From Octopus vulgaris (lineage: Eukaryota): a stretch of 64,000 nucleotides of DNA. Where the stretch lies: contig OX597818.1 in the NCBI GenBank assembly GCA_951406725.2, positions 112,034,001-112,098,000 on the forward strand, given 5' to 3'. The number at the start of each line of letters is the position of its first letter. The stretch's first letter is position 1. Both the position numbers and the translations under genes were made by a program. Below the pieces are notes generated by a model that saw only the letters and a program-made list of their open reading frames with translations, was not told the DNA's origin and made no database searches. Of this stretch, positions 13,755 through 24,519 are shown piece after piece.

Positions 13755-14116
13755 TTCTTCTTCAATTTTCTTTGCACAGCTTACAACGCTGGGGAGGTAC
13801 GACGGTGCCAGCTGTTCAATACAAGGGAACTAAGGTAACACCCCTTATTTTTCGAGCACCATTCAGAGTATTCGAGCGGTTCGGTTCCAAGAAGTACTGT
13901 TTTTTTGCAGGTTCTCCATCCTTATTGCAGCCCCTATGTACATGGAACAAATAGGAGCTGCAATAAAGGTGGAGCATTTGCAGAAAACAGCACTAATATT
14001 AACCGCTCGAATACTCCGGATGGCGCTCGAAAAGTAAGGGGTGTTACCTTAGTTCACAGGTAGTGAACAGCTGACAACGTAGGAGCTGTGCAAAGACAAT
14101 AAACTGATAATAATAA
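13309..14116 (+). mobile_element. R4/Dong family C 3' fragment (RLE domain plus 3' UTR), interrupted by an antisense insert at 13519..13941
   Basis: IACPADNKVCDKGERKVDRYNRLAWEFKQLWSMKKVVAVPIIVGVLG-SKNL resumes after the insert as YMEQIGAAIKVEHLQKTALILTARILRMALEK*; preceded by a TAA array and followed by a short TAA run. Confidence 0.85.
13523..13937 (-). mobile_element. R4/Dong family C 3' end with (GAA)n tail (TTC array 13523..13763)
   Basis: 13764..13937 matches 16960..17128 with about six substitutions and a 5-bp duplication. Confidence 0.88.
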
Positions 14117-14299
14117 CGGCAATAACGGGAAACGTAAGAAACTTCATTCTGTCATGAAGGGGAACAAAAAATTTGCAACTGAGTTCATGCATAATACCCA
14201 GGTTGAACAACATGTTGGAAATGCCGCATACTGACCAAGTATAAAGATCTTCTATGTTTTGCTTAATGTATGTATTCTCATGCATGTCGTTACATATCT

Positions 14300-14610
14300 A
14301 GACATGCTCATGTATAACTTCGATAACTTTCATAGGTTTCGGCCAGTATAGGCCCAGGCCATGTCTAACTTATTAATAGCAGCACCTGGTTAAGTCTTAT
14401 AGTCATATCTGGGGCACCATAGCCCACTCTAACAAAGAGTTATTATTGTTGGAGACATTTCCGATTGTAGGGGGTTGGTCTGGGATTTTTTGAAGAAATT
14501 TGTCCAGTGAACGTTTGAATTTTATGGGATGGATTGGATCTGTGGTCTTCGAATTAGCTTTCTCCTTTCTGGATTTGAGATTAATTTCTCAAGATTGGTA
14601 TTTAGGCGGT
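14300..14610 (-). mobile_element. CR1/L2-type LINE 3' remnant
   Basis: Minus strand reads IKFKRSLDKFLQKIPDQPPTIGNVSNNNNSLLEW, like the FK--LD-FL--IPDQP C-terminus of CR1-group LINEs. Confidence 0.65.
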
Positions 14611-14734
14611 GTGTTACACATGTATGTATGTATGTATGTATGTATGTATGTATGTATGTATGTATGTATGTATGTATGTATGTATGTATGTATGTATGTG
14701 TGTGTGTATGTTTGTGTGTGTGTGTGTGTGTGTA

Positions 14735-14766
<32 letters not shown>

Positions 14767-15136
14767 TGTGTGTGAGTGTGTATGTGTGTGTGTATGCATT
14801 TACGTATATGCGTGTATGTTTAACTGACGTATCTTAATATCACATGAGAAATTTCTGCTGAAAAATTAATATTTATCTAACAGAAAGCAAACCACAAAGA
14901 TTACTGTAGCCAAGTAAGTCATAAGTGAGTGTTTATTCTTCCCTTGAACACAACACAGACACATAGACATACACCCACCTACACGTGCGCTCATGCATAC
15001 CCACATGCAAACACGCACACACGCACAACAACAAAAATATTTCATGTCTACTCTTCCAGACAAAGGATAAAAAAGAACGAAATAACATTTTACCTTCTGT
15101 CTAGTAATATTGATTTGTAAAAAGGTCATAACTGAA

Positions 15137-15201
<65 letters not shown>

Positions 15202-15245
15202 CAACAACAATAATAATAATAAAAATAATAATAATAATGATGATG

Positions 15246-15316
<71 letters not shown>
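15137..15316. repeat. (TAA)n array with CAA/GAT variants
   Basis: Direct reading; 5' flank of an R4/Dong copy. Confidence 0.95.
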
Positions 15317-15324
<8 letters not shown>

Positions 15325-15335
15325 ATATTATTATA

Positions 15336-16164
15336 AAAAGAAATAGACAAAGAAAAAAAAAAAGAAATAGACAAAGAAAAATTCCAGCAATGGTTGAGAA
15401 GCTCGGACTCAAAGCAGAGACAGAGGGATTTTTAATTGCAGCACAACACCAAAGCCTCCCCACCAGAAATTACCAAAAACATGTAATGAAAAGAAATATA
15501 ACAAGTAACTGCAGAATATGTGGAGATGGACAAGAAACAATAAATCATATTATCTCTAGCTGCCCAGTCCTGGCTAAGAAGAAATATATTCACAGACATG
15601 ACAGAGTTGGAACCTACATACATTGGAAGCTATGCCAATATTATGGAATAACAACAGAAAAAAGATGGTATAGGCACACACCAGAAAAGGTCACAGAAAA
15701 CGAGAAAGAAACCATACTCTAGGATATGCCGATACACACAGATAGAGAAATTAAGGCCAACAGACCAGATATAGCTGTCAGAGATCATGAAGAAAAAATG
15801 CTTTCTAATTGATGTATCAATACCGGCAGATGACAACGTGTCTCTAAAAGAAATGGAGAAACTCTCAAAATACAAAGATCTGGAAATAGAGGTAACCAGA
15901 ATGTGGAATCTAAAAACAGAAACAATTCCTATCATAGTAGGTGCATTAGGCATGATAAAAAAATATTCAAACAAATACATAACAAAAACACCAGGACTTA
16001 CAAACACATATAACATACAGAAAATTGCACTACTAGGCACTGCACACATCCTACGCAGAACACCTTCCATACAATAACCAACAGAGCATCACAACAAATC
16101 ACAGCACATACCCAAGGCACACAGATCTGCGCTCGGTAGTGAAGTGAAAGAAAAAATAAAACTA

Positions 16165-16168
<4 letters not shown>
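15336..16168 (+). mobile_element. R4/Dong family B, 5' truncated (CCHC plus RLE plus 3' UTR) between TAA arrays
   Basis: GLKAETEGFLIAAQ, CRICGDGQETINHIISSC, RHD, RPDI, LIDVSIP, KLSKY, ALLGTAHILRR; followed by (TAA)n 16168..16233. Confidence 0.93.
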
Positions 16169-16235
<67 letters not shown>

Positions 16236-16237
<2 letters not shown>

Positions 16238-16530
16238 GCAGTGGCAGAAGATCAACATATCACCATGAAAGAAAGAGAAACGGTTGATAAATATGGAGAC
16301 CTGAGAATTGAGACCGCTAAGATGTGTTAGCTACGAGAGTGAAACATAAACGTTATCCCTATTGTTATCGGAGCATTGGGTTCAATACCACCCAGTCTGA
16401 AAAAAAAAAACTTCTGAAAACCTTAGAAATATCCTACAATCTAGGTGTATTGTAATAGACGGAATTACTTGGAACTGCACGAATATTGTGTAAAGTACTG
16501 TCTGTCAGAGGTCCTTGTGACTTGACAAAC
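16236..16530 (+). mobile_element. R4/Dong family D RLE C-terminal relic
   Basis: AVAEDQHITMKERETVDKYGDLRIETAKM..VIPIVIGALGSIP..LLGTARILCKVLSV with stops; starts right after a TAA array. Confidence 0.8.
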
Positions 16531-16587
16531 TGTACAAACCCCCGGTAAAACTGCGGTATGAGAAAATTCCAAAAGATGTCACCAAAT

Positions 16588-16831
16588 ATGAGAATTGTAA
16601 AATCTTGAGGGTTGTACTTATCCAGTGCGATCACCTGACCAGACAGGAAACCAGGCATTGTTGTGGTGAATTAAAAGAAAGAACATGCATGATAATCAAC
16701 AGAGCATGTCCCGGTGACAACAGGATCAATGTGAAAGAAGAAAAGATAATGCTATGACGATTTAAAGTGGGAAATACGAAGGTTGTGGTCAATGAAAAGA
16801 GTGGACTTGTTACCAATAGTAATTGGTGCAC
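16588..16831 (+). mobile_element. R4/Dong family E RLE relic, broken at the TTC array
   Basis: ENCKIL..IQCDH..RKPGIVVV..CMIINRACPGDNRINVKE..YDDLKWEIRRLWSMKRVDLLPIVIGA. Confidence 0.8.
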
Positions 16832-18045
16832 TCTTCTTCTTGTTCTTGTTCTTCTTCTTCTTCTTCTTCTTGTTCTTGTTCTTGTTCTTGTTCTTCTTCT
16901 TCTTCTTCCTCCTCCTCTTCTTCTTCTTCTTCTTCTTCTTCTTCTTCTTCTTCTTCTTCAATTTTCTTTGCACAGCTTCCAACGCTGGAGAGGTACTACG
17001 GTGCCAGCTGTTCAATACAAGGGAACTAAGGTAACACCCCTTATTTTTCGAGCACCATTCAGAGTATTCGAGCGGTTCCAAGAAGTACTGTTTTCTGCAA
17101 GTTCTCCATCCTTATTGCAGCTCCTATTTGTTCCATGTACTTCTCAAAACTTTTAGTCAGTGTTCCCAGGACTCTGACAATTATTGGTAAACTACCACCT
17201 TTTTACAGCGACCACAACTGCTTAATCTCCCAAGCTAACCTGTTATATCTATCGACTTTTCTTTCTTCCTTATCTCATACCTAGTTGTTGCCTGGGCATG
17301 CTATATCTATGATCCAGCATCGTTTCCTTTCTTTCTCAATTAACACTAATGTTTGGCTTCCTATTCTCTATCTCATGTCCCACTGAACCATGAAATCCCA
17401 TAGGATCTTTGTATTATCATTTTCTCGTCGTGTCTTCGGGTTTATGATCGTATCACTATTTTGCTCTGCCAATGGACAATCCTTGCTATATTGTCACGAT
17501 GTTTCTTATATTCTTTCTGGGCTACTAGCATATATTGACTGGTAATGTGCCATACGGTTTCACCATTTTGTCCGCAAATTCTGCACTTATCACTTTCTGA
17601 TGTGTTGTCTATTCTGTATTTTATGTAGTTTGTTCTTAGTGATTGCTCTTGGGCAGCACAGATTAGAGCTTCTGTTTCCAGTCTTGAATCACTTTTAGTC
17701 ATCCACAGCCATCTTTTTTCTCTGTCGGTCTTATCCTCAACATCTGTATCAAATTGTCCATGCATTCTTTTCTTTACCCACCTATTTTCAGTTTCATTCA
17801 TTTTCAATTGCTTGTATAGCGCTTTATTTTTGCAATCTTTCATCCTGTACAAGCCTGGTCTTCTTACTCCTTGTAACAGCGGTTCTGTGGCATTTTTACA
17901 AACCATGCTACGTTGTTTTCTTCTGCTCTAATACTGTTTCGCATCCAATAAGTCTTCTTCCCCTTCTTTTTCTTGGTATATACAGTCTGTTTGTGTTACT
18001 TTTTGGGAGCAGTGTTCCATATCTAGTTAGCAACTTCCTTGTCTA
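16832..18045 (-). mobile_element. R4/Dong family C, 5' truncated, with (GAA)n tail (TTC array 16832..16959)
   Basis: TRKLLTRYG..PKSNTNRLYIPRKEG, MHGQF, ETEALICAAQEQSLRTN, CRICGQNGETVWHI, KILWDF, LQKTVLLGTARIL. Confidence 0.92.
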
Positions 18046-19541
18046 CAAAGTCTACGAAGGGATTATCATACGGATGAACCACCTAGAATCCTGAGCACAC
18101 AATATTTGCCAATTTTTTGTTGTCACATTACTAGAAGTTCAAACTATGTTTAGTTTACCTTTTGCTCTGGTGAAATGACCTTTTTTTGGTTGATGACAAA
18201 GCATTCATGGAACTTGCTCTACAATTCTCATAAAAGATAAAGTTTGCGTCGCTTTCTAAATGGGTAAGAGATACTTAGGTGTTTCTACTTATCCGTTTAT
18301 GTCAGGAGATAGATGTCAAACACTTACCCTGCCATAGTCTGTTCCTCTCCAGTGCATTTGTTCCGTTCTCTTGTTTACTTAAAATAGCTATTACCAGTCG
18401 TAAGATATTTTATTTTTAGTAACACATCCGCCCACTTACGCTCAATCACTAGCGGCCATTATCAGGAAATTACTCAAAACGTCTCACTATTGACAGGCAC
18501 CAATCGTTTGCTTCCTTATTCCATCTTGTCCAAATTGACAATATGTTTTCTATTCTCCCTGTTTTCGGATGAAATTGTACCATCGAAAACCGATGCTCTG
18601 GAAGGTGTTGAGTTTTATGTACGACGAGATTTTGTGTCTCAGCGCCATTAGATTTTGTAGTTTTCGACATTTGAATCCACCTGTAGCAAGCGATGCAGGA
18701 AAAGTGGATAATCGAATCTTATATATCAACATAATTGCAGCTGTTAACGTGTTAAATAGAGAGAAAAGAGACGTCAAAATTAGGAAAAACATGAGAACAG
18801 TGAAAAAATTATAACATTATTTCTCAGTTTATATCACTGGATAAAATATAGATACAATTCCCAATTTATGTAAAACGCATTTCTACATAGAGTCGACCAG
18901 AGACACTCACTACAACATGTTCGTCTGAAGCCAGTTACACAGACTAACATTCCAGGCTCATAAATATCGTACACATACACACACATACACCATGCATACA
19001 TATACATAGAAAAGTCGATTATTCTGAAGTATTCTAGTTTCTCATATCGGTATGTTTGTCAAATCGAATAAATATTGTAACTGATGCAGTGATATCACTA
19101 TGCAACGTACGTATATTTGTAGAATATCCTGCGATAACGAAAATGCATTAAGTTTATTATATACCTAACAGCATGAATATGCCATGCATGTTTCTCATTA
19201 AAATGTTATAACACTGAAGGTCAATATGGAAGCAGGAGAGTAAGGCAGTATGAAAGCAATTCTATTATACAGATGTTCTCAAAATATCTCCTGATACCAT
19301 AGTTCAACTTGCTAGAAAGAGAACCAGGATATCCTTCGAATAAAAAAATGAAGTCTTAAATAGCAGAGGTACATCAAGTAACGCTTTTTACTATGGGCAC
19401 AAGTCCTACAACTTTTGTGGGAGAGGACTAGTCGATTACATCAACCCCAATACAGTTCTATATTTAAAAGACGAGGAATTATGTACATTATTTACATTAT
19501 TTACAATTGACGGATATTTTGTCCTCATCTTGTTTGTTGTT

Positions 19542-19587
19542 AACACAACGTTTCGGTTGATATACTCTACAAACTTCATCAGATGCC
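19542..19587 (-). ncRNA. Hammerhead ribozyme motif, degenerate stem II
   Basis: Minus strand GGCAT-CTGATGA-A-GTTTGTAGAGTATATCAACC-GAAAC-GTT-GTGTT; core intact, stems mutated. Confidence 0.55.
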
Positions 19588-19650
19588 TTGGGGAAATTTC
19601 GAACCTGGGTTCCCATTCCTAACGTATTTTCGATGTTGTTGCTGTTGAGG

Positions 19651-19742
<92 letters not shown>

Positions 19743-19785
19743 GAAATGCCTTAGGAATGAGAACCCAGTTTCGAAATTTTTCCAA

Positions 19786-19831
19786 GACACCTGATGAAGG
19801 CTGGAGGGTATATCAGCCGAAACGTTGTGTT
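19786..19831 (+). ncRNA. Minimal type I hammerhead ribozyme
   Basis: GACAC-CTGATGA-A-GGCTG(GAGGGTATAT)CAGCC-GAAAC-GTT-GTGTT: complete core, stem I and II pair, palindromic ACGT stem III, GUU cleavage triplet. Confidence 0.8.
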
Positions 19832-20039
19832 AACAATAAACAAGATGAGGACAAATATCCGTCGAATGTAAATAATAAATTCTTACTTATTTTATCTAGT
19901 CCCTAAAAGATGAAAGGAAGATGACAGACGACCTGGGGTAGACATGAATTCCCAAAGTGAAGACGGACGAAATGCCTCTAATAATTTTTCCCGGCAGGCC
20001 AACGGTTCTCCTCACTCGCCGCTTTAATAGGCGCATTTA

Positions 20040-20210
20040 ATAATTCTTTCTATTATAGGCATAAGGCCAGAAATTTTGGAGGAGGGGGCTAGTCGATTAC
20101 ATCGATCCCGAAAGGATAAAAGGCAGTCGACCTCGGCGGAATTTGAACTCAGAACGTAGCAGCGACGGGCGGAATAGCGCTAAGTGTTTTGTCCAGCATG
20201 CTAACGAATA
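20040..20210 (-). mobile_element. SINE family 4 copy
   Basis: GTCGACCTCGGCGGAATTTGAACTCAGAACGTA (B box GAGTTCAAATTCC on minus strand). Confidence 0.8.
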
Positions 20211-20788
20211 GGTACATTTAATAATGAGATCCTACCTACAATGTTTCTGAAGAGGTACATTTAATGTCTGTTTCCAATTTTTGGCACAAGGCCCGCAAGT
20301 AGTCGACACTGCGCTTGAAAACAAAACAGGATATGTAAATATTTACTTTAGAGGACTAATTTAGCAAAGGTAACTGGGAAACAAAAAGCAAGAACAGCCA
20401 AGCAAACAACATCACTCTAGTAGACAATGTTTGAGAGTTTGAGATTCTTCTCTCCAGCAATGTAAAAGCAAGACATGGAATTATATTTAATATGCGTACA
20501 GTGGCAAGAGATGCAGAGTATGAGCTCCTTCAGTATGTTTCCACTCCAGCGTTTTAATAATTTAGCAATATTCATAGGCATCGTACTTGGGGAATCAAAC
20601 GAGTGCCACATAGCAATTTGCATGAGCCGAACGATATCTGGAACATCGTATTGTATATTTTTTCCTTCACGATTGCATTGATCAGAAGCATTGAGCTAAA
20701 GTATTTGAGGATGAACAACGAGTCATTATACTAACAGAGAGGAAGTAAATATATATCTATATATACATACATACATATATATATATAT

Positions 20789-20847
<59 letters not shown>

Positions 20848-21004
20848 ATATAATAAAAGGGTAAATAATTTTTTCGATGGTTTTTCAGACACCCAACAAT
20901 TATTTACCGGTAGATTTCGGTATGTAAATATGACTTTTAGCGTCATGAACTTCTGCAGAGTTCAGTATATATATATAGTATATAAGTAAAAGGGCAGGCA
21001 AGAT

Positions 21005-21135
21005 GTTGCTCTGCCGCATACCGAAAGAATTAGAAATAGCAGTCAGAGACTGTTTATTTCCATTTTCTTGTAGAAAATGGAAATAAACAGTCTCTGACTG
21101 CTATTTCTAATTCTTTCGGTATGCGGCAGAGCAAC
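21005..21135. repeat. Perfect inverted repeat, 64-bp arms, 3-bp spacer
   Basis: 21005..21068 is the exact reverse complement of 21072..21135; flanked by (TA)n. Confidence 0.93.
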
Positions 21136-21141
21136 CTGTTA

Positions 21142-21186
<45 letters not shown>

Positions 21187-21188
21187 CA

Positions 21189-21267
<79 letters not shown>

Positions 21268-21939
21268 AATATGCATATTATATATGCATGTATGTATGTA
21301 TGTATGTATTTCACTGCAGTAAAGACTGGAACCATCCATGAAAAAGATTTATGAAAGTCACGATACAAAATCCTACACAAACACCGAAAAGAAAACACAA
21401 ACAAAACGCGCTGCTTTCCCGCTATGTCAACGTTCTCGACTGCTTCCTTCGCTCAGATCGAAGAAAACCGAAAGGAGGAAGCTGCAGAAATGCAGAGGAC
21501 AAGCCTGGTGAGATCACAAATATATAATGAAAGATCAAATGCTACATTTACTTAATTTGAATTCTTAACAAGGAAGCAAACATGAAAGAAGATACTATAA
21601 ATGAGAGATTAGAGCTGATCGGATGCAGCAAGTAATTTCTCTTAAATCCTTAGAATACGCTGTCTTAGACAAGTGAGACGCAAAGCTCAAAACATTTCCT
21701 CATGTGGGAGGAAACAGAAGAACAAAGTTAAACATTTACAAAAAGTAACTCACACATACGCACACACGCACTCAATTATACAGACACACACACACACATA
21801 TATATATATGCTCGAAATGTAAAAGACTTTCTCACCTTCTCGAGCGTTAAACCTGTTTGTTGTTTACACACCTGTCTTCGTCTGATGATTTTTGTAAATT
21901 CCAACTATATATATATACTATATATATAAATATATATAT

Positions 21940-21977
<38 letters not shown>

Positions 21978-22016
21978 GTATATAAAATATAAATAATGAT
22001 ATATATATATCATGAA

Positions 22017-22062
<46 letters not shown>

Positions 22063-22250
22063 ATATTTTGTTATATATATATATTTACATATATATTTAC
22101 ATATATATTTTTTACTCTAGCTCTCTAGTTTCAGCTCAGAGCTGCGGCCATGCTGATGCACCGCCGTTTTGCTACATTGTTACTACTAAGAGCCTCCTCT
22201 AATATATGGTACTTGGTGCAGAATAAATAGATAAATAAATATATGTATAT

Positions 22251-22431
22251 ATAGGAGAGGAAAAATTGTAATAAGGCAGAACTCTAAATTGAAAGTAAAT
22301 TTTAATAAAAATGGGTGTATGAAAAATTAAAAAAGAAAAAAATAATAAATCAATGGGTGTATTCATACACCCATTTTTATTAAAATTTACTTTCAATTTA
22401 GCAGTCTGCCTTATTATAATTTTTCCTCTCC

Positions 22432-22433
<2 letters not shown>
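22251..22433. repeat. Imperfect inverted repeat (about 70-bp arms) within (TA)n
   Basis: ATAGGAGAGGAAAAATT..AAAATGGGTGTATGAA versus TTCATACACCCATTTT..AATTTTTCCTCTCCTAT. Confidence 0.85.
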
Positions 22434-22483
<50 letters not shown>

Positions 22484-22492
<9 letters not shown>

Positions 22493-23490
22493 CGGTGAAT
22501 AAATTGTCTTAACAGATGTATTTACCAAAATTATATAAAATATCTTGAAATAGTAAAGAGTAAGTTTATTCAATAAAATTGCTATTGGTTTCAATCACAG
22601 TCCCCAAGAAATTCCTGTAACTCTTCTGGATTGTCTCCTTGTTTAAGTTGGAGAATACTGCAATAATCCTTGCCCTCCGTCCATATTTGTTGTTCCATGG
22701 AGGTTTGTTGGTCTCCCGCTCAACTGCACCCAACACATAATAATCAAGGGGATCGCAGTCTGGGGAGTTAGGTGGCCAGATGTTAGGGGTGACGTGGTTG
22801 CAGAAATTTTCTGACAGTCATGACTGCGTTATCCTGATTGTGTGGTATGGTGCAGAGTCCTGTTGCCAGACATAGGGTCTTCCAGCAACCACCCACTTGA
22901 TTCAAGGCAGTACTACCTCCATTAGGCACTTGATGTAGGCCTCCGTGTTGAGTCTGAGACCGTGTGGGAAGATGAATGGAGACATAACGTCGCCATCACT
23001 AGTGATCACTCCCAACACCATAATGTTGACTGGGTATTTGATTTTTATCACTCTCGGTACATGTTTTGAGGACACGGCGAGCGAGCTGTTGTGATGAGGT
23101 TTTCACCATCTGATCCTTCCAGAAAATTTTCTCGTTTGAGTAAAAACCAAAGCAATTTCGGTTGGAGGAGATGCTTCAGTTTGTTAAAAAGATTCGTAAC
23201 ACGGGCTTTCCTCTTGTCCTTGATGGCTTGAGATAAAAATTGACCCTTTCTCATTTTGTATGAGGAATACCGAATGTCTTCATGCACTAACTGATAGGAA
23301 ATTCAGACACTGCCACGTCCCTGATTGACTTGGAGGGATCGTTGTCAATTATGGCCTGGATCTCACCAAGAAATTCAGGAGTACTTGCCTTATCAGAAGG
23401 ATCAGAGAGAGTTTCCGAGCTGCCATACCTTCCTATTCACTATAAGACTCATCCAACTCTTTCCGAATCTTCGGAACTGTCATCAGATTG
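22484..23490 (-). mobile_element. Tc1/mariner superfamily DD37D (maT) transposon relic
   Basis: Minus strand: IMVLGVITSDGDVMSPFIF, YVWQQDSAPYH ... WPPNSPDCDPLDY with 37 residues between the second and third Asp; internal stops. Confidence 0.88.
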
Positions 23491-23499
23491 ACACCCAAT

Positions 23500-23775
23500 T
23501 TTGCGACGGAAACTGGAAGAAGCTCCTCGTGTATATACATATATGTATATATGCGTATGCGCATGCGCGCGCGCGTGTGCGCTTGGTTGCGCGTGTTTGT
23601 CCGCAACCGTTGTCAATCTGTTTATGTCCCGGTAACTTAGCAGTTCCGCAAAAAAGACCGATGAAATAAGTACCAGGCTTTACAAAAAATTAAAATCACC
23701 GGGGAGCAATTCATTCGCCTGAAATCCTGCAAGTCGGTGCCCCAGCATGGCCGTAATCTAATGACTGAAACAAGA
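23500..23775 (+). mobile_element. SINE family 1, 3' portion, diverged
   Basis: GACGGAAACTGGAAGAAGC..GGTAACTTAGC..GGTGCCCCAGCATGGCCG. Confidence 0.75.
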
Positions 23776-24032
23776 TATAAGTCAAAAGATTATATATATA
23801 CGAAAAAGCACCAAAATCAGAAAGTGATTCTGTATTTAGAGTTCGTTCACCACTTCTATATACATACGCGCACATGCAATACCTCTGTTTGTATGTATAC
23901 ATAATTATATGTATATATATATATATACATATTCTCTATATATATACGTAAATATAGGAACATATGCACACAAACACATACATATATACTCAAATATACA
24001 TATCTACACAAGTATCTATATATATATATATA

Positions 24033-24251
24033 TTACTCTTTTACTCTTTTACTTGTTTCAGTCATTCGACTGTGGCCATGCTGGAGCACCGCCTTTAGTC
24101 GAGCAAATCGACCCCGGGACTTATTCTTTGTAAGCCCAGTACTTATTCTATCGGTCTCTTTTGCCGAACCGCTAAGTGACGGGGGACGTAAACACACCAG
24201 CATCGGTTGTCAAGCAATGCTAGATGGACAAACACAGACACACAAACACAT

Positions 24252-24302
<51 letters not shown>

Positions 24303-24464
24303 TACGACAGGCTTCTTTCAGTTTCCGTCTACCAAATCCACTCCCAAGGCATTGGTCGGCCCGGGGCTATAGCAGAAGACATTTGCCCAAGATGCCACGC
24401 AGTGGGACTGAACCCGGAACCATGTGGTTGGTTAGCAAGCTACTTACCACACAGCCACTCCTAC

Positions 24465-24467
<3 letters not shown>
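24033..24467 (-). mobile_element. SINE family 1, full-length young copy
   Basis: A box TGGCTGTGTGG, B box GGTTCAGTCCC, internal (TA)n(TG)n, GAGTAAAA tail repeats. Confidence 0.95.

Positions 24468-24519
<52 letters not shown>

Larger units (their letters stand above)
19451..19876. mobile_element. Penelope-type inverted terminal repeat (pLTR) pair around a (TTG)n(TTA)n tract
   Basis: Left arm 19451..19625 is the reverse complement of right arm 19745..19876; the same sequence follows GIY-YIG coding DNA at 30535..30672. Confidence 0.85.
19390..20030 (-). mobile_element. SINE family 4 copy split by the inverted-repeat element at 19451..19876
   Basis: GGGCACAAG..AGTCGATTACATCAACCCCA on the left resumes as TACTTATTTTATC..GATGAAAGG..CTCACTCGCCGC on the right. 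Confidence 0.7.

Noticed and set aside
15630-16070. Recurrent ORF MESVLRRMCAVPSSAIFC (also 40586, 45946, 58709)
   Set aside because: Antisense shadow of the family B endonuclease region; recurrence reflects repeat copies
18150-18700. Possible minus-strand host exons (GTAAG donor-like sites, 66-aa ORF)
   Set aside because: No recognisable protein similarity and no consistent reading frame across candidate exons
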